Assembly: GCA_963682135.1 (NCBI GenBank)
Contig: OY821645.1
Coordinates: 2,336,001 to 2,400,000 of the forward strand
Length of the DNA stretch: 64,000 nucleotides
Source: Methanothrix sp.
Lineage (GTDB): Archaea; Halobacteriota; Methanosarcinia; Methanotrichales; Methanotrichaceae
Direction: 5' to 3'
Below the pieces are notes generated by a model. It was given only the letters and a program-made list of their open reading frames with translations, was not told the DNA's origin and searched no databases. This document shows positions 39,406-49,270 of this stretch, in pieces. The translations under genes were made by a program, and so were the position numbers. Each line of letters opens with the position of its first letter. The first letter of the stretch is position 1.

Positions 39406-41133
39406 ATGGCACAGGTGGCTATGGCTGTTCCGATTCGAATGGTGAGCAAATACAGCAAACAGATCCATTTTGGGATGGGTGTCTGTCTGATGATTATTCT
39501 CTTTTTATTGGGGGCAGATGCGTCCTTATGCGCCTCTGCGGAGGATGTGCACGATCAAGCTAATCTCAGCCAAAGAGATCTGGCAGGGATCAATCTCAGT
39601 CGGGCTCATCTCAATCAGTCCGATCTATCCTATGCATTGCTAAATCAATCCGATCTGTCCCATGCTCACCTTAGATCGGCCTGGCTTATGGGCTCAAATC
39701 TGAGCCATGCGAACTTGCAGGGCGCGAATCTCACCGGGGCCGACCTATCGGGTGCCGATCTCAGCGGAGCGAACTTGGGCGAAGCAGACCTATCACGGGC
39801 CTATATGATGAGATCTAACCTTCGAGGAGCCGACCTCTCCTGCTCAAATCTGAGATCCTCTGATCTTTCGGGGTCCAACGTATCGAATGCAAATTTAACA
39901 GGGGCCGACTTGCACGCTGCTGACATTCTCGGCGTCAACTTTTCTTATTCGGACCTCACGAGAACAGATGTTTCAGAAGCATCGTGGGGGAAAGCGAACT
40001 TTTATGGCTCCCGGATCGTCGATGCCGAATTGATCTTCGTCAATTTCACCAATACAAACTTCAGCAGAGCGGACCTTTTTGGCTCGAACCTGATGGCATC
40101 AGATCTGTCCGGGTCCGACCTATCGGATGCGAATTTGACAGGAGCCAGTCTTGAGAATGCCTGGATAAAGCGGGCCAACCTTTCTGGAGCAAAGCTGAAT
40201 GGAGTAAATCTAAAGAGGGCCCAACTGAACGATTCCGATCTCACCAGGACGGATCTGAGCTCATCAATCCTCGTCCAGGCAAATATGGCCAATAGTGTTC
40301 TGTCCAGGGCCAATCTCGTGGATGCAGACCTGAGCGGAGCTACCATCACGGACTCCGATATGAGCGATGCAGAGTTGTCCGGAGCCAGACTTCGCGGTAC
40401 CGATCTCACCGGTGCCGTTCTTCGTGGAGCTAATTTGGATAATGCCATATTGCTGGGAGCAAAGCTGAACTGGGCCGATCTGAGGGGCTGCTCCCTCTTC
40501 CAGTGCGTGCTATCCCGGGCTGAGCTGTCTTCCTCAGACCTGAGCAGTGTGGACCTGGGCGAGACGGACCTCTCACGGGCCTTCATGATGCGATCCAACC
40601 TCACTGATGCCAACCTTGATGCCGCCGGTCTGGCATATACGGATCTCACTGAGGCCATTCTCAAGAGAGCAAGCCTGAGATGGTCGAAGCTGATGTCTGC
40701 GGACCTCACCAGAGCGGATTTTACGGAAGCGGATATGACGGCATCTCATTTCGACTCGTCTCTGCTGGCTCAGACGAAAATGGTCCGAGCCAAAATGGAT
40801 AAGGCATCATTCAAGAATATGGTTATTACTGGTGCGAACTTTAGTAATGCCAGCCTTAAAAGTGCGGAATTAAATCGAGTATTTATGTACGATGTTGATC
40901 TGAGCGGAGCGGATTTGAGTGGCGCGAGCTTTGCCGAAGTGGCACTTATTGGCTGCAGACTAAACGGCATAAATCTGATGGGGATCAAATACGACGAAAG
41001 CAGTCCGGCATTCCTGGCGGGATCTGATCTTCAGGGCGCCAAGATAAGCGAGGATCTCTGGAACAAGATCAGGGAGATCCGGTCAACGCAAGAGGATCAG
41101 GGCAAATCGCCTACGACGTTGGACTCAAAATAG
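39406..41133 (+). CDS. Long pentapeptide-repeat protein with N-terminal hydrophobic segment
   Basis: About 490 aa of A(D/N)Lxx repeats; start uncertain. Confidence 0.92.
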   Translation: MAQVAMAVPIRMVSKYSKQIHFGMGVCLMIILFLLGADASLCASAEDVHDQANLSQRDLAGINLSRAHLNQSDLSYALLNQSDLSHAHLRSAWLMGSNLSHANLQGANLTGADLSGADLSGANLGEADLSRAYMMRSNLRGADLSCSNLRSSDLSGSNVSNANLTGADLHAADILGVNFSYSDLTRTDVSEASWGKANFYGSRIVDAELIFVNFTNTNFSRADLFGSNLMASDLSGSDLSDANLTGASLENAWIKRANLSGAKLNGVNLKRAQLNDSDLTRTDLSSSILVQANMANSVLSRANLVDADLSGATITDSDMSDAELSGARLRGTDLTGAVLRGANLDNAILLGAKLNWADLRGCSLFQCVLSRAELSSSDLSSVDLGETDLSRAFMMRSNLTDANLDAAGLAYTDLTEAILKRASLRWSKLMSADLTRADFTEADMTASHFDSSLLAQTKMVRAKMDKASFKNMVITGANFSNASLKSAELNRVFMYDVDLSGADLSGASFAEVALIGCRLNGINLMGIKYDESSPAFLAGSDLQGAKISEDLWNKIREIRSTQEDQGKSPTTLDSK

Positions 41134-41293
41134 AATACCAGCGTTGGATGCCAGCTTTTCTGCTATTTCAGCTGCGCCCACATGAGCCTCATATGTCCAT
41201 CCATGATCGCCAATAAGTTGGAGGGGCTTGCACAGAAACTGCCACAAGCATTATGCAAAGAAATAGCATAGCTCCATTTTACGAATAAATCTC

Positions 41294-41527
41294 TTATTTC
41301 TTAATCAATCCCGCTATAATCAGCAAGACGATTGCTCCCAGGATGGATGTTATCCAGCCACCGATACCGGATGTCCCAAAGAATCCACCGAAGATGGTCC
41401 CCCCGATCATGGAACCTGCGATGCCTACCAGCATATTTCCTAGCAGTCCAAAGCCGTGACCCACCCAAACCTTTCCTGCGATCCAGCCGATGAATGAGAA
41501 TATGCCAAACATAATGGTTTCTTGCAT
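41294..41527 (-). CDS. GlsB/YeaQ/YmgE-family small membrane protein
   Basis: IGWIAG...GFGLLGNMLVGIAGSMIGG...ILGAIVLL. Confidence 0.85.
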   Translation of the reverse strand: MQETIMFGIFSFIGWIAGKVWVGHGFGLLGNMLVGIAGSMIGGTIFGGFFGTSGIGGWITSILGAIVLLIIAGLIKK

Positions 41528-41590
41528 GTAATTCTATAAATTATTTTTGGGAGAAAAGGTGAGAAAGAAAGAGAGAGCCCAGGATCTGCT

Positions 41591-42550
41591 TCAGGCAGAT
41601 ATCTCCACATGGAAGGCTCTTGTTTCTGCCACAATATTCTCCCAAGACCTTTTGTAGACAAAATAGATGGTGCTCTTGCCCGGCTTTATGGGCAGGAAGA
41701 CAAAGACGGAAGTTCCCCCAGCGCCCACCTGCTTCGTCTCTGAGGCGGCCCCTTCAAACTGAGCGCTCTCCTGTTTGAGTAGGACATAATCGTAATCAGC
41801 CTTCCACTCATAACCTGCAGTGGGATTGGCGGGAAGGGAGATGGTAAAGGATTCGTTAACCTTGGCACGAATGATCTCTACTTTTGTCTCCTTTTCATCA
41901 GGTATTCGGTAATTATCCACAGGATACATAAGGGGATAATAATCTATATTTTTTTCGTTCAATATCACGGGCTGATCGCCAATTCCGTCGTTATTCTCAT
42001 CCGTCTCATTGTAATCGGCCCAGTAGTTGCCCAGGCGGCTTCTTAACACCCGGCTGTTATACTGGTAGTTGATGCCGTCACTGGAATTCCAGGATGCCGC
42101 ATCAACCGGGCAGACGCTCTTCTTGCCGGCAAAGTCATTGAGGTAGATGCTGGAGGGAAGTACGACCTCAAGAGTGCAGTTCTCGCTGCCGGAGGACAGG
42201 CCCGCCCGGCTGGAAGGCCCGCCGATCTCAAAGCCCTGCAAGAATGCACCGTAGCCGGCCAGGATTATCCGGCCGCTTTGCGGCGCAAGAACGGGCCTAC
42301 CCTGGCCCGTATTCAGGCCGCGCAGGAACACATCCTTGCCGATGAGGAGCGATTCGTTGTAGATCCCGCTCTCCACGACAATTGAATCCTGGGGAGAGGC
42401 GGCATTGAGCGCGGACTGGACTGTCGTGTAATCACACCCTTGAGAGCAGACCCTCGTCTCGGCAAGAGAGGGCGACAGGAGCAGGGAAAGTGCCATGAGG
42501 CCCAGCAGGAGGGCCGGGACAGGAACAAATAATCTTTTGTAATCGGGCAT
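41591..42550 (-). CDS. Secreted protein: short NosD/CASH-like region plus chagasin (I42) inhibitor domain
   Basis: CDYTTVQSA cap, LGNYWADY..DGIGD, NPTAGYEW, VGAGG, YKRSWE. Confidence 0.85.
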   Translation of the reverse strand: MPDYKRLFVPVPALLLGLMALSLLLSPSLAETRVCSQGCDYTTVQSALNAASPQDSIVVESGIYNESLLIGKDVFLRGLNTGQGRPVLAPQSGRIILAGYGAFLQGFEIGGPSSRAGLSSGSENCTLEVVLPSSIYLNDFAGKKSVCPVDAASWNSSDGINYQYNSRVLRSRLGNYWADYNETDENNDGIGDQPVILNEKNIDYYPLMYPVDNYRIPDEKETKVEIIRAKVNESFTISLPANPTAGYEWKADYDYVLLKQESAQFEGAASETKQVGAGGTSVFVFLPIKPGKSTIYFVYKRSWENIVAETRAFHVEISA

Positions 42551-42615
42551 TATATTGACAGTAAACCCCTCAAAATTAAATAGTCTTTCCAATTGAAAAT
42601 ACAAAGGAAATAATC

Positions 42616-43554
42616 ATGTCGGGAAATGTTTTGGGTGAGAGAGAGTTGATCTTGCGCATATCCGAGATCCTGGGCGGTGTGGAGAACGACGATTGCGCTC
42701 TGATTGATGCAGGCGAGCGCTATCTGGTGGTTACTACGGATATGCTGCACAAGAAGACGGACTTTCCCGATATCATGAATCCCTGGCAGATGGGCTGGAT
42801 GACGGTAGCTGTCAACCTGAGCGACATCGCCGCCATGGGCGCACAACCTGCCGGCGTGCTCATTGCCGCGGGACTGCCTGCGCAGGCGGACCTGTACTTT
42901 ATCGATGAGCTTTTCTCGGGTTTTGGCGACTGCGCCGCCTACTACGGCACGCGCATTATCGGCGGCGACACCGACTCGCATGATGAGCTGACTATCACGG
43001 GAACGGCCCTGGGTTTTGTAGAGAAGGATCTGGTTCTGAGAAGAAGAGGCGCCATTCCCGGCGATCTGCTCTGCACCACGGGCGCGCTGGGCGGCGCTGG
43101 TGGGGGGCTGTGGGCCTGGCAGCACGCAGTAGAGAGCAATCTCATCACCAAGCTGCTGGAGCCCGAGCCGCGCCTGGCGGAAGGCCGGGCCCTCTCCCAG
43201 AGCCGGGCGGTCACAGCCATGATGGACAACAGCGACGGCCTGGCGCTCTCCCTCTCTGACCTGGCACAGTGCAGCCATGTGGGCTTTGTGGTGCAAGAGG
43301 AGGCGCTGCCGGTGGCCGCGGGCCTGGTGGAGATGGTGGGAGAGGAGAAAGCGCGGGAGTTAGTGATGAGCGCAGGCGGAGACTTCGAGCTGGTCTTCAC
43401 CGTGCGGCCGGAGGGGCTGGAGGCGGCCCGGCGGGCCTGCGCCCTGACGGTGATCGGAGAGGTTGTGGAGGAAGGGATCTGGCTGGAGCAGGGGGGCCAA
43501 AGGCGACGGATGGAGGCGAGGGGGTACGAGCACAGGATCGGAGGGATGGATTGA
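42616..43554 (+). CDS. thiL: Thiamine-monophosphate kinase
   Basis: DDCA, NLSDIAAMG, GGDT, MDNSDGL, GGDFEL. Confidence 0.95.
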   Translation: MSGNVLGERELILRISEILGGVENDDCALIDAGERYLVVTTDMLHKKTDFPDIMNPWQMGWMTVAVNLSDIAAMGAQPAGVLIAAGLPAQADLYFIDELFSGFGDCAAYYGTRIIGGDTDSHDELTITGTALGFVEKDLVLRRRGAIPGDLLCTTGALGGAGGGLWAWQHAVESNLITKLLEPEPRLAEGRALSQSRAVTAMMDNSDGLALSLSDLAQCSHVGFVVQEEALPVAAGLVEMVGEEKARELVMSAGGDFELVFTVRPEGLEAARRACALTVIGEVVEEGIWLEQGGQRRRMEARGYEHRIGGMD

Positions 43555-44075
43555 ATTTTCGGCAAGATATTTTGAAGAAAGAGGCTGTCCACGACGGAGA
43601 TCCATGCCACGGTGGTGCTGGATAAAGTAGTGTATGATCTGCATGGATCTAAAAGCGTCTCGATTAGAAGTGTGTACAACCTGTGAGTCTCCTCGCCCAT
43701 TTTCTCACTTGGCCAGGATGGTCACGAATTTTGGTTCTGGCAAACTACCCATTCTGGGACACTATGGAGTGATACATCGATGCTTGCGCGATATCGGAAA
43801 ATCACTACCTTAGCGGCAAAAAATCGAATAAAATCCGTCGCACAACATCAGACCTTATGAGGTCGAAAGCATATTTATAAAATTATCATGGACTCTGATT
43901 TCGGCTAGGATGAGCAGGATGTTAAAGTACGTGCAACCTGCAAGCCAACCCGTGGAGTCGCGATCATTACAACAGCGATGCAACTGCAGAACTCTCATAA
44001 CCATTTTTACCAATTTTATATTATTTATTGATCCAGAATTCAAATAGTCTATATAATATAGATCAATAAGCAGTA

Positions 44076-44828
44076 ATGGGACCACGTATGGATGAAAAGA
44101 TAACAGAGAGGCCGATGTTCTATGATTATTTCAAAACATCGGCCGATGTGCTACTTGCACAATATACGCGATCAAAAGGGCAAAATGCATCCGCAAACCT
44201 TGGATACAATCGCGAACTATTTTGTGATCAATTTTTAAAACGTGTCTTGCCTTCCCGCCTTGGAGTAGATCGGGGAGAAATCTGGGATAGTCTTGGGAAT
44301 AAAACTGGTCAATTGGAACTAATATTAACTAGGGATGATTCGCCGAGGCTAACATATGATGCAGGCGCAGATACCTTTCTAGCTGAAGGTGTAATGGGGG
44401 TTATTGAAGTTAAATCGAACCTAACGAGAGATAAACTGACTGAAGCCTTGCAGACTCTTAAACTCGTTAATTGCCTGCAGCCAAAAAACACGGAATTTTT
44501 TTCAGCAGGATACAGTCTTGATCGGCCACTACGCATCATATTCAGCTATGAAGGAGCTACATGGAGGACCTTACTAGAAGAGCTCATAGAACCAGAAAAT
44601 AACGGAATCGTAGATTTGGTCTGTATTTTAAACAGAGGTGTTATGTTCTCAAGGGGTTTAATAATGCAATGGCCTGAAGATAAACCATTTTTTATTGTAA
44701 ACGGTAAGCCAGCTTCATTGGCGTTCTTATATCGATATCTAGTAGCATATGGGTCTAGTTTCCTAGGCCGCTGGATAGATTTAGGCCCGTATTTCGACCC
44801 ATATAATGGTTGGGACAATAGCGAATAA
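44076..44828 (+). CDS. DUF6602-like PD-(D/E)xK nuclease-fold protein
   Basis: GYNRE, GEIWD, GQLE, EGVMGVIEVKSNL; AT-rich. Confidence 0.75.
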   Translation: MGPRMDEKITERPMFYDYFKTSADVLLAQYTRSKGQNASANLGYNRELFCDQFLKRVLPSRLGVDRGEIWDSLGNKTGQLELILTRDDSPRLTYDAGADTFLAEGVMGVIEVKSNLTRDKLTEALQTLKLVNCLQPKNTEFFSAGYSLDRPLRIIFSYEGATWRTLLEELIEPENNGIVDLVCILNRGVMFSRGLIMQWPEDKPFFIVNGKPASLAFLYRYLVAYGSSFLGRWIDLGPYFDPYNGWDNSE

Positions 44829-44950
44829 CCACTAACGATCAATGGACTAAAACGAGTTATGTCCATGTCGGATGGGGTACAGCATACGGCCTAATTTCTG
44901 AATTTAGATATAATCAGAAGTTGTCCGAGTAGTCCCGGAAGGTCTATCTC

Positions 44951-46435
44951 ATGAACAAATCCAAAGGGATGGTCATGACGATGAAATTGGTCGCCTCGAT
45001 CACTATATTGTTGACTGCATTCGTAATGCCTGCAGTCGCAGATGACGTGGACAGGTGGATTCAGGACCTTAAAGATCCAATTCCAGCTGTACGAGAAGCA
45101 GCTGTAGAGGCCCTTATAGGACTCAATGATACTAGAGTTGTAGGACCATTGATCCGGGCACTCAGGGATGAGGATTCGGGAGTCCGGCAGAATGCTGCAT
45201 GGTCTCTCGGTACACTCGATGACACCCTGGCAGTCGATCCACTGATCCGGGCACTCAAGGATGAGGATTTGGGGGTCCGAGTTAATGCTGCATGGTCTCT
45301 CGGCCAGCTCAATGATACGAGAGCTGTAGATCCGCTGACCGAGGCACTCAAGGATGAAGATTGGGGTGTCCGAGTGTATGCTGCATGGTCTCTCGGCAGG
45401 CTCAATGATACGAGAGCTGTAGGACCACTGGTCCAGGCACTCAAGGATGATGACTTTAGGGTCCGGCAGAATGCTACATGGTCTCTCGCCCAACTCAAAG
45501 ACGCCAGAGCCGTAGGACCATTGATCCAGGCACTCAAGGATGAAGATTGGGGAGTTCAGCAAAATGCTGCATGGTCTCTCGGCAGGCTCAATGATACGAG
45601 AGCTGTAGGACCACTGATCCAGGCACTCAGGGATGAGGATTCGGGGGTCCGGCAGAATGCTGCATGGTCTCTTGGCCAGCTCAATGATAGTCGTGCAGTT
45701 TATCCACTGACCGAGGCACTTGATGATGAGCATTCGGGGGTCCGAGTTAATGCTGCAATGTCTCTCGACCAGCTTAGATTCAGGATAGAGAGCATTCCGC
45801 AAAGTTGGAACCTGCAGTCCGCGTGTCCGGGCGCCAGCGTCAGGACAAATTTCTCACTGAAAAATGTTGGAGAGACTCTGCAAAACCTCAGCTACACCGG
45901 GATGATTGAAGAATCTACTATTAGGAAATTTGAGGGCCATGTGGGATATAAAGAAACATGGAATAAAACTGTAAATGTCACCGAGAGCACAAAGAAGATC
46001 TCGGCAGAGTTGAGTTCGGCAGATGGCAATAACGAGAGCGAGGTTGCACTGGTCTTTGAGAATCCAAGGGGCACTGCCAGTGAGGAGAATGCGGCTTTGG
46101 GTGCGGATGATCTCGGTCCACTAGAGATCAGCAATCCGGAGTTGGGCAACTGGACGCTGAAGGTTTACGGATACAATGTTCCCCTGGAAGGAAAGTCCTT
46201 TAAAGTTTGCATCAAGGAATATGCCGAGGAGAATTGGAGCTGGATCACAACTAGTGGCCCGCAGCGATTGGAGAGCGACTCCAATGGGACAGTGGAAGCT
46301 AATCTCACCATACCCAAGGGCACATCGCTTTCTAGGCTAGACGGATACATAAAAATCACTTCAGACAGCCACAACTTTGAGATTCCGGTGAGCGTCACCA
46401 TGGCTGGCACCAGGCAGGAGGATGGGACTCTATAG
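44951..46435 (+). CDS. Signal peptide + 8 HEAT/PBS-lyase repeats + PPC/Ig-like C-terminal region
   Basis: 31-aa (93-nt) repeats PLIxALxDEDxGVRxNAAWSLG; GNWTLKVYGYNVP. Confidence 0.88.
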   Translation: MNKSKGMVMTMKLVASITILLTAFVMPAVADDVDRWIQDLKDPIPAVREAAVEALIGLNDTRVVGPLIRALRDEDSGVRQNAAWSLGTLDDTLAVDPLIRALKDEDLGVRVNAAWSLGQLNDTRAVDPLTEALKDEDWGVRVYAAWSLGRLNDTRAVGPLVQALKDDDFRVRQNATWSLAQLKDARAVGPLIQALKDEDWGVQQNAAWSLGRLNDTRAVGPLIQALRDEDSGVRQNAAWSLGQLNDSRAVYPLTEALDDEHSGVRVNAAMSLDQLRFRIESIPQSWNLQSACPGASVRTNFSLKNVGETLQNLSYTGMIEESTIRKFEGHVGYKETWNKTVNVTESTKKISAELSSADGNNESEVALVFENPRGTASEENAALGADDLGPLEISNPELGNWTLKVYGYNVPLEGKSFKVCIKEYAEENWSWITTSGPQRLESDSNGTVEANLTIPKGTSLSRLDGYIKITSDSHNFEIPVSVTMAGTRQEDGTL

Positions 46436-46732
46436 TCCGAGCGAGTGAAGAGATGAAGTATCCGAGCTGATCCCAGCTCTAAGCAGTGTGTGTAATCAGT
46501 AGGAATCTTATCCTCTTTTTACAGGCATTTTCCATATATCTCGGTGCAAGATTATTTTATAAATACCGTTCCTGCTCGATAATCCTTGATGATGCGCTAT
46601 GGCAAATATGCCCTACAAGAACCACGTGCAGTAGCGAAGATTGGCCGTAATGAGGAGATCGATCAAACTAACTTGCGCGAAATTCCAAAGTTTATGGAAT
46701 AGCAGCTTTGCCAGAAGTGGATTTGGGCCGAT

Positions 46733-47179
46733 TTGATAAGGTTGTATCAGGCAGTACATATAACCTGCAAGTCTCATGCTCTCAAAAAGTTCTATGACAA
46801 ATCTGGAGAGAAAGCAAAAGCTTTGAAATCGGAAGCCGAGAAACTGGCTCGGAGAGCAAAGGCCGCTATGACGGCGGCTGAGACATTGCCCGAGGCCGGA
46901 GAGAAGGCCCGCAAGCTGAAAAGCCAGGCAGATAATCTGAAAGCTGAAGCTGAAACCCTAAAGGAAGCTGCCCGGCTGGAAGATCACTCCGTGTGGGCGA
47001 GGGAGATGGTCAAGCCCACCACGGAAGGCAACCGGTCCTATCACTATTAGATGGCTGCATGGAGAGTGGGCGGGAAGATGCGGAACGTGCATCTGGGGAA
47101 CTTTGGGAAGATGGATGAAGAAACAGCCAAGCAGAAAGCCAGGTCGATGAAAGCCGCGGCCCTGGCGATCAAGATTTAA
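46733..47179 (+). pseudogene. Coiled-coil/basic protein interrupted by in-frame TAG (47048-47050)
   Basis: ...RSYHY*MAAWRVGGKMRNVHLG...KARSMKAAALAIKI*; frame continues 42 codons; start uncertain. Confidence 0.65.
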
Positions 47180-47204
47180 ATAGCAAGAACCCAGAGAGAT
47201 ATCT

Positions 47205-47357
47205 ATGTGCGAGGTTCTAGAGCGCCGGATCATAACCCAAGATCTCCCTTACGACCTGGAAGAACCGAACGATAAGAGAGAGATCACCAGAGGACTTATG
47301 AGGCTCTCGCAGCAGGCGTTATCTAAATATGTAGATAATGAGCCTGACATCTATTGA
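47205..47357 (+). CDS. Putative 50-aa antitoxin, not in ORF track
   Basis: MCEVLERR...LMRLSQQALSKYVDNEPDIY*; TGATG overlap with the toxin start. Confidence 0.65.
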   Translation: MCEVLERRIITQDLPYDLEEPNDKREITRGLMRLSQQALSKYVDNEPDIY

Positions 47358-47686
47358 TGAAAGGAAAGATCGTTGTAATCCCATTCCCTTTTACAGATTT
47401 GAGTTCAATTAAGCGTAGGCCAGCTCTTGTCCTTCATGAAACCAAATATGACATTGTTGTTGCCTACATCTCCTCTATCATGCCTTCGTCCATATCGCCG
47501 GAAGACGTCTCAATTCCCAAAACCCGGCCTTCTTTTGTTGGCACAGGGCTACTATCCGACTCAGTTATAATGCTGGATAAACTCGCAACTGTGGAGAAAT
47601 CCCTTATTGTACGCATTTTAGGCGAAGTGGATAACGACCTGAAGGCAGAGATTAACCCCAAACTTGCTGAATGCTATAGGCTCTGA
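47357..47686 (+). CDS. PemK/MazF-family toxin
   Basis: GKIVVIPFPFTDLSSIKRRPALV, GLLSDS, DKLAT. Confidence 0.92.
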   Translation: MKGKIVVIPFPFTDLSSIKRRPALVLHETKYDIVVAYISSIMPSSISPEDVSIPKTRPSFVGTGLLSDSVIMLDKLATVEKSLIVRILGEVDNDLKAEINPKLAECYRL

Positions 47687-47870
47687 GAAATCGAGCCCAT
47701 AAAATCGATTTTGAGCCGGATATCATTAATGGAGATGCTGGCTTGGCCAGTCATCAAGCCCCATCGCTCCGACATATATTTCCTCTCTCCTCCTTAATGG
47801 ATGGCGTTCTTTGAAGGAATAATAATGGGTCCGGCAATAAGTCTTTGATATGAAAATGATTCATATTTAC

Positions 47871-49103
47871 CTATGCAGTCGCCGCCTTTGTCACTGAATA
47901 TCCGGCCTTCTCAAGCGATCTAACCATCGATTGCTCTCTTCTTTTTGATGTTCTTTCATGAATGGCCTCTGCACCTATATCCTGATAAGGCTCAGATGTC
48001 TTGAGTACAAAGTAGATATCGATAAGCATACGATGCGCCAAAGCAACAAGAGTCTTCTTTTTGCCCTTCCTTCTGATGAGATTATGGTAGAAAGCATTAT
48101 ATGAGGTGTTCTTAGTTTTTGATGCAGACCATGCGGATTCAGTTAAGGCTCCCTTTAGAAAGGAATTACCTTTCTGCGTTTTTCCGTTCTTCTTCTTTCC
48201 TGCACTCTCGTTATTGCCAGGGCATACGCCCGCCCAAGAGGAAAGATGTGCTTCATCTGGAAACTGAGACATATCATTCCCAATTTCCGCCAATATTGCT
48301 GACGCATTAACTTCACTGATTCCTGGAATCGTTTGAATCAGCTTCGATTCCTTCTGAAAAGGGATCATCTTTTTCTCGATCTCCTCATCGAGTTTATTTA
48401 TTTGCTTGGTAAGATAGTCGATATTTTGTAGATGCATTTCTAAAAGGAACCTGTGATGATCGGTTAGCTTTCCGTTAAGGGCTTTTTCCAGGAGACCTAC
48501 CTTCTTCTTGAGTTTACCTTTAGCCATTTTTGAGATATCCTCTCTTGAAAGTCTGTCCTTTTCCAGCAGCGATCTGATCATAGCCAATGATGAGACTCCG
48601 TAGATCCTTGAGACGACTGAGCTAAGCTTGATATTGGCGGACTCCAATACCTTAACAAGTCGATTCTTCTCGGAGGTCATTATTCCAACAAACTTTCTTC
48701 GAGTGCGGTTGAGATCTCGTAGCTCTCTGATCTCTCTTGGCGGAATAAAGCTGTTAGGAAGCAATCCATATCTAAGCAGGTTGGCGATTCGCTTGCAGTC
48801 CATGATGTCGGTCTTCTTTCTAGGAATGGCTTTGAGGCGTTGCGCATTCGCGAGGACTATTTCGAACTGGCCTTCCATAACATTGAAGATTGGTTTCCAA
48901 TAGATTCCGGTGCTTTCCATACCAATCGTCGAAACTTCATATTTCTTTAGCCATGCCATTAGTTCTTCCAGATCTGAGGTCATAGTCGAGAATGTTCTAA
49001 TCTCGAATTTGGGAGTTTTATCAAAGGGTCCGTGGGCAATGCATACATCTACCTTCTTCTCGTGGACATCCATTCCGGCACAGCTTATTAGAATTGGCTC
49101 CAT
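47871..49103 (-). CDS. IS110 DEDD recombinase/transposase
   Basis: GMDVH, MESTG, KKTDIMD (DEDD); TIPGI, ESAGK (catalytic Ser); AAGGAG SD before MEPIL. Confidence 0.96.
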   Translation of the reverse strand: MEPILISCAGMDVHEKKVDVCIAHGPFDKTPKFEIRTFSTMTSDLEELMAWLKKYEVSTIGMESTGIYWKPIFNVMEGQFEIVLANAQRLKAIPRKKTDIMDCKRIANLLRYGLLPNSFIPPREIRELRDLNRTRRKFVGIMTSEKNRLVKVLESANIKLSSVVSRIYGVSSLAMIRSLLEKDRLSREDISKMAKGKLKKKVGLLEKALNGKLTDHHRFLLEMHLQNIDYLTKQINKLDEEIEKKMIPFQKESKLIQTIPGISEVNASAILAEIGNDMSQFPDEAHLSSWAGVCPGNNESAGKKKNGKTQKGNSFLKGALTESAWSASKTKNTSYNAFYHNLIRRKGKKKTLVALAHRMLIDIYFVLKTSEPYQDIGAEAIHERTSKRREQSMVRSLEKAGYSVTKAATA

Positions 49104-49109
49104 GATAAT

Positions 49110-49270
49110 TCTCCTTGAGACGGGCAAAGCAACATATGAGGTGTAAATTTGATACGCGTGCCTGACTAGGCGACATTCATGGGTTCTAAGAGTTGCTCAG
49201 GGCAGTTTCTTTTTCGGGGATATCAAAATCCTCCAGAAAAACGTCGCCCTTATTGCTGGTCTCATAATTT
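49110..49270 (-). ncRNA. Candidate IS110 bridge/seek RNA
   Basis: TATA-like element at 49285-49298; stems UGAGAC/GUCUCA and GGGCGACGUU/AAUGUCGCCU; 8-9 nt matches to donor and target junctions. Confidence 0.6.

Noticed and set aside
40002-40709. 235-aa minus-strand ORF
   Set aside because: Antisense shadow of the pentapeptide repeats.
44891-45802. 303-aa Cys-rich repeat ORF on the minus strand
   Set aside because: Antisense shadow of the HEAT repeats.
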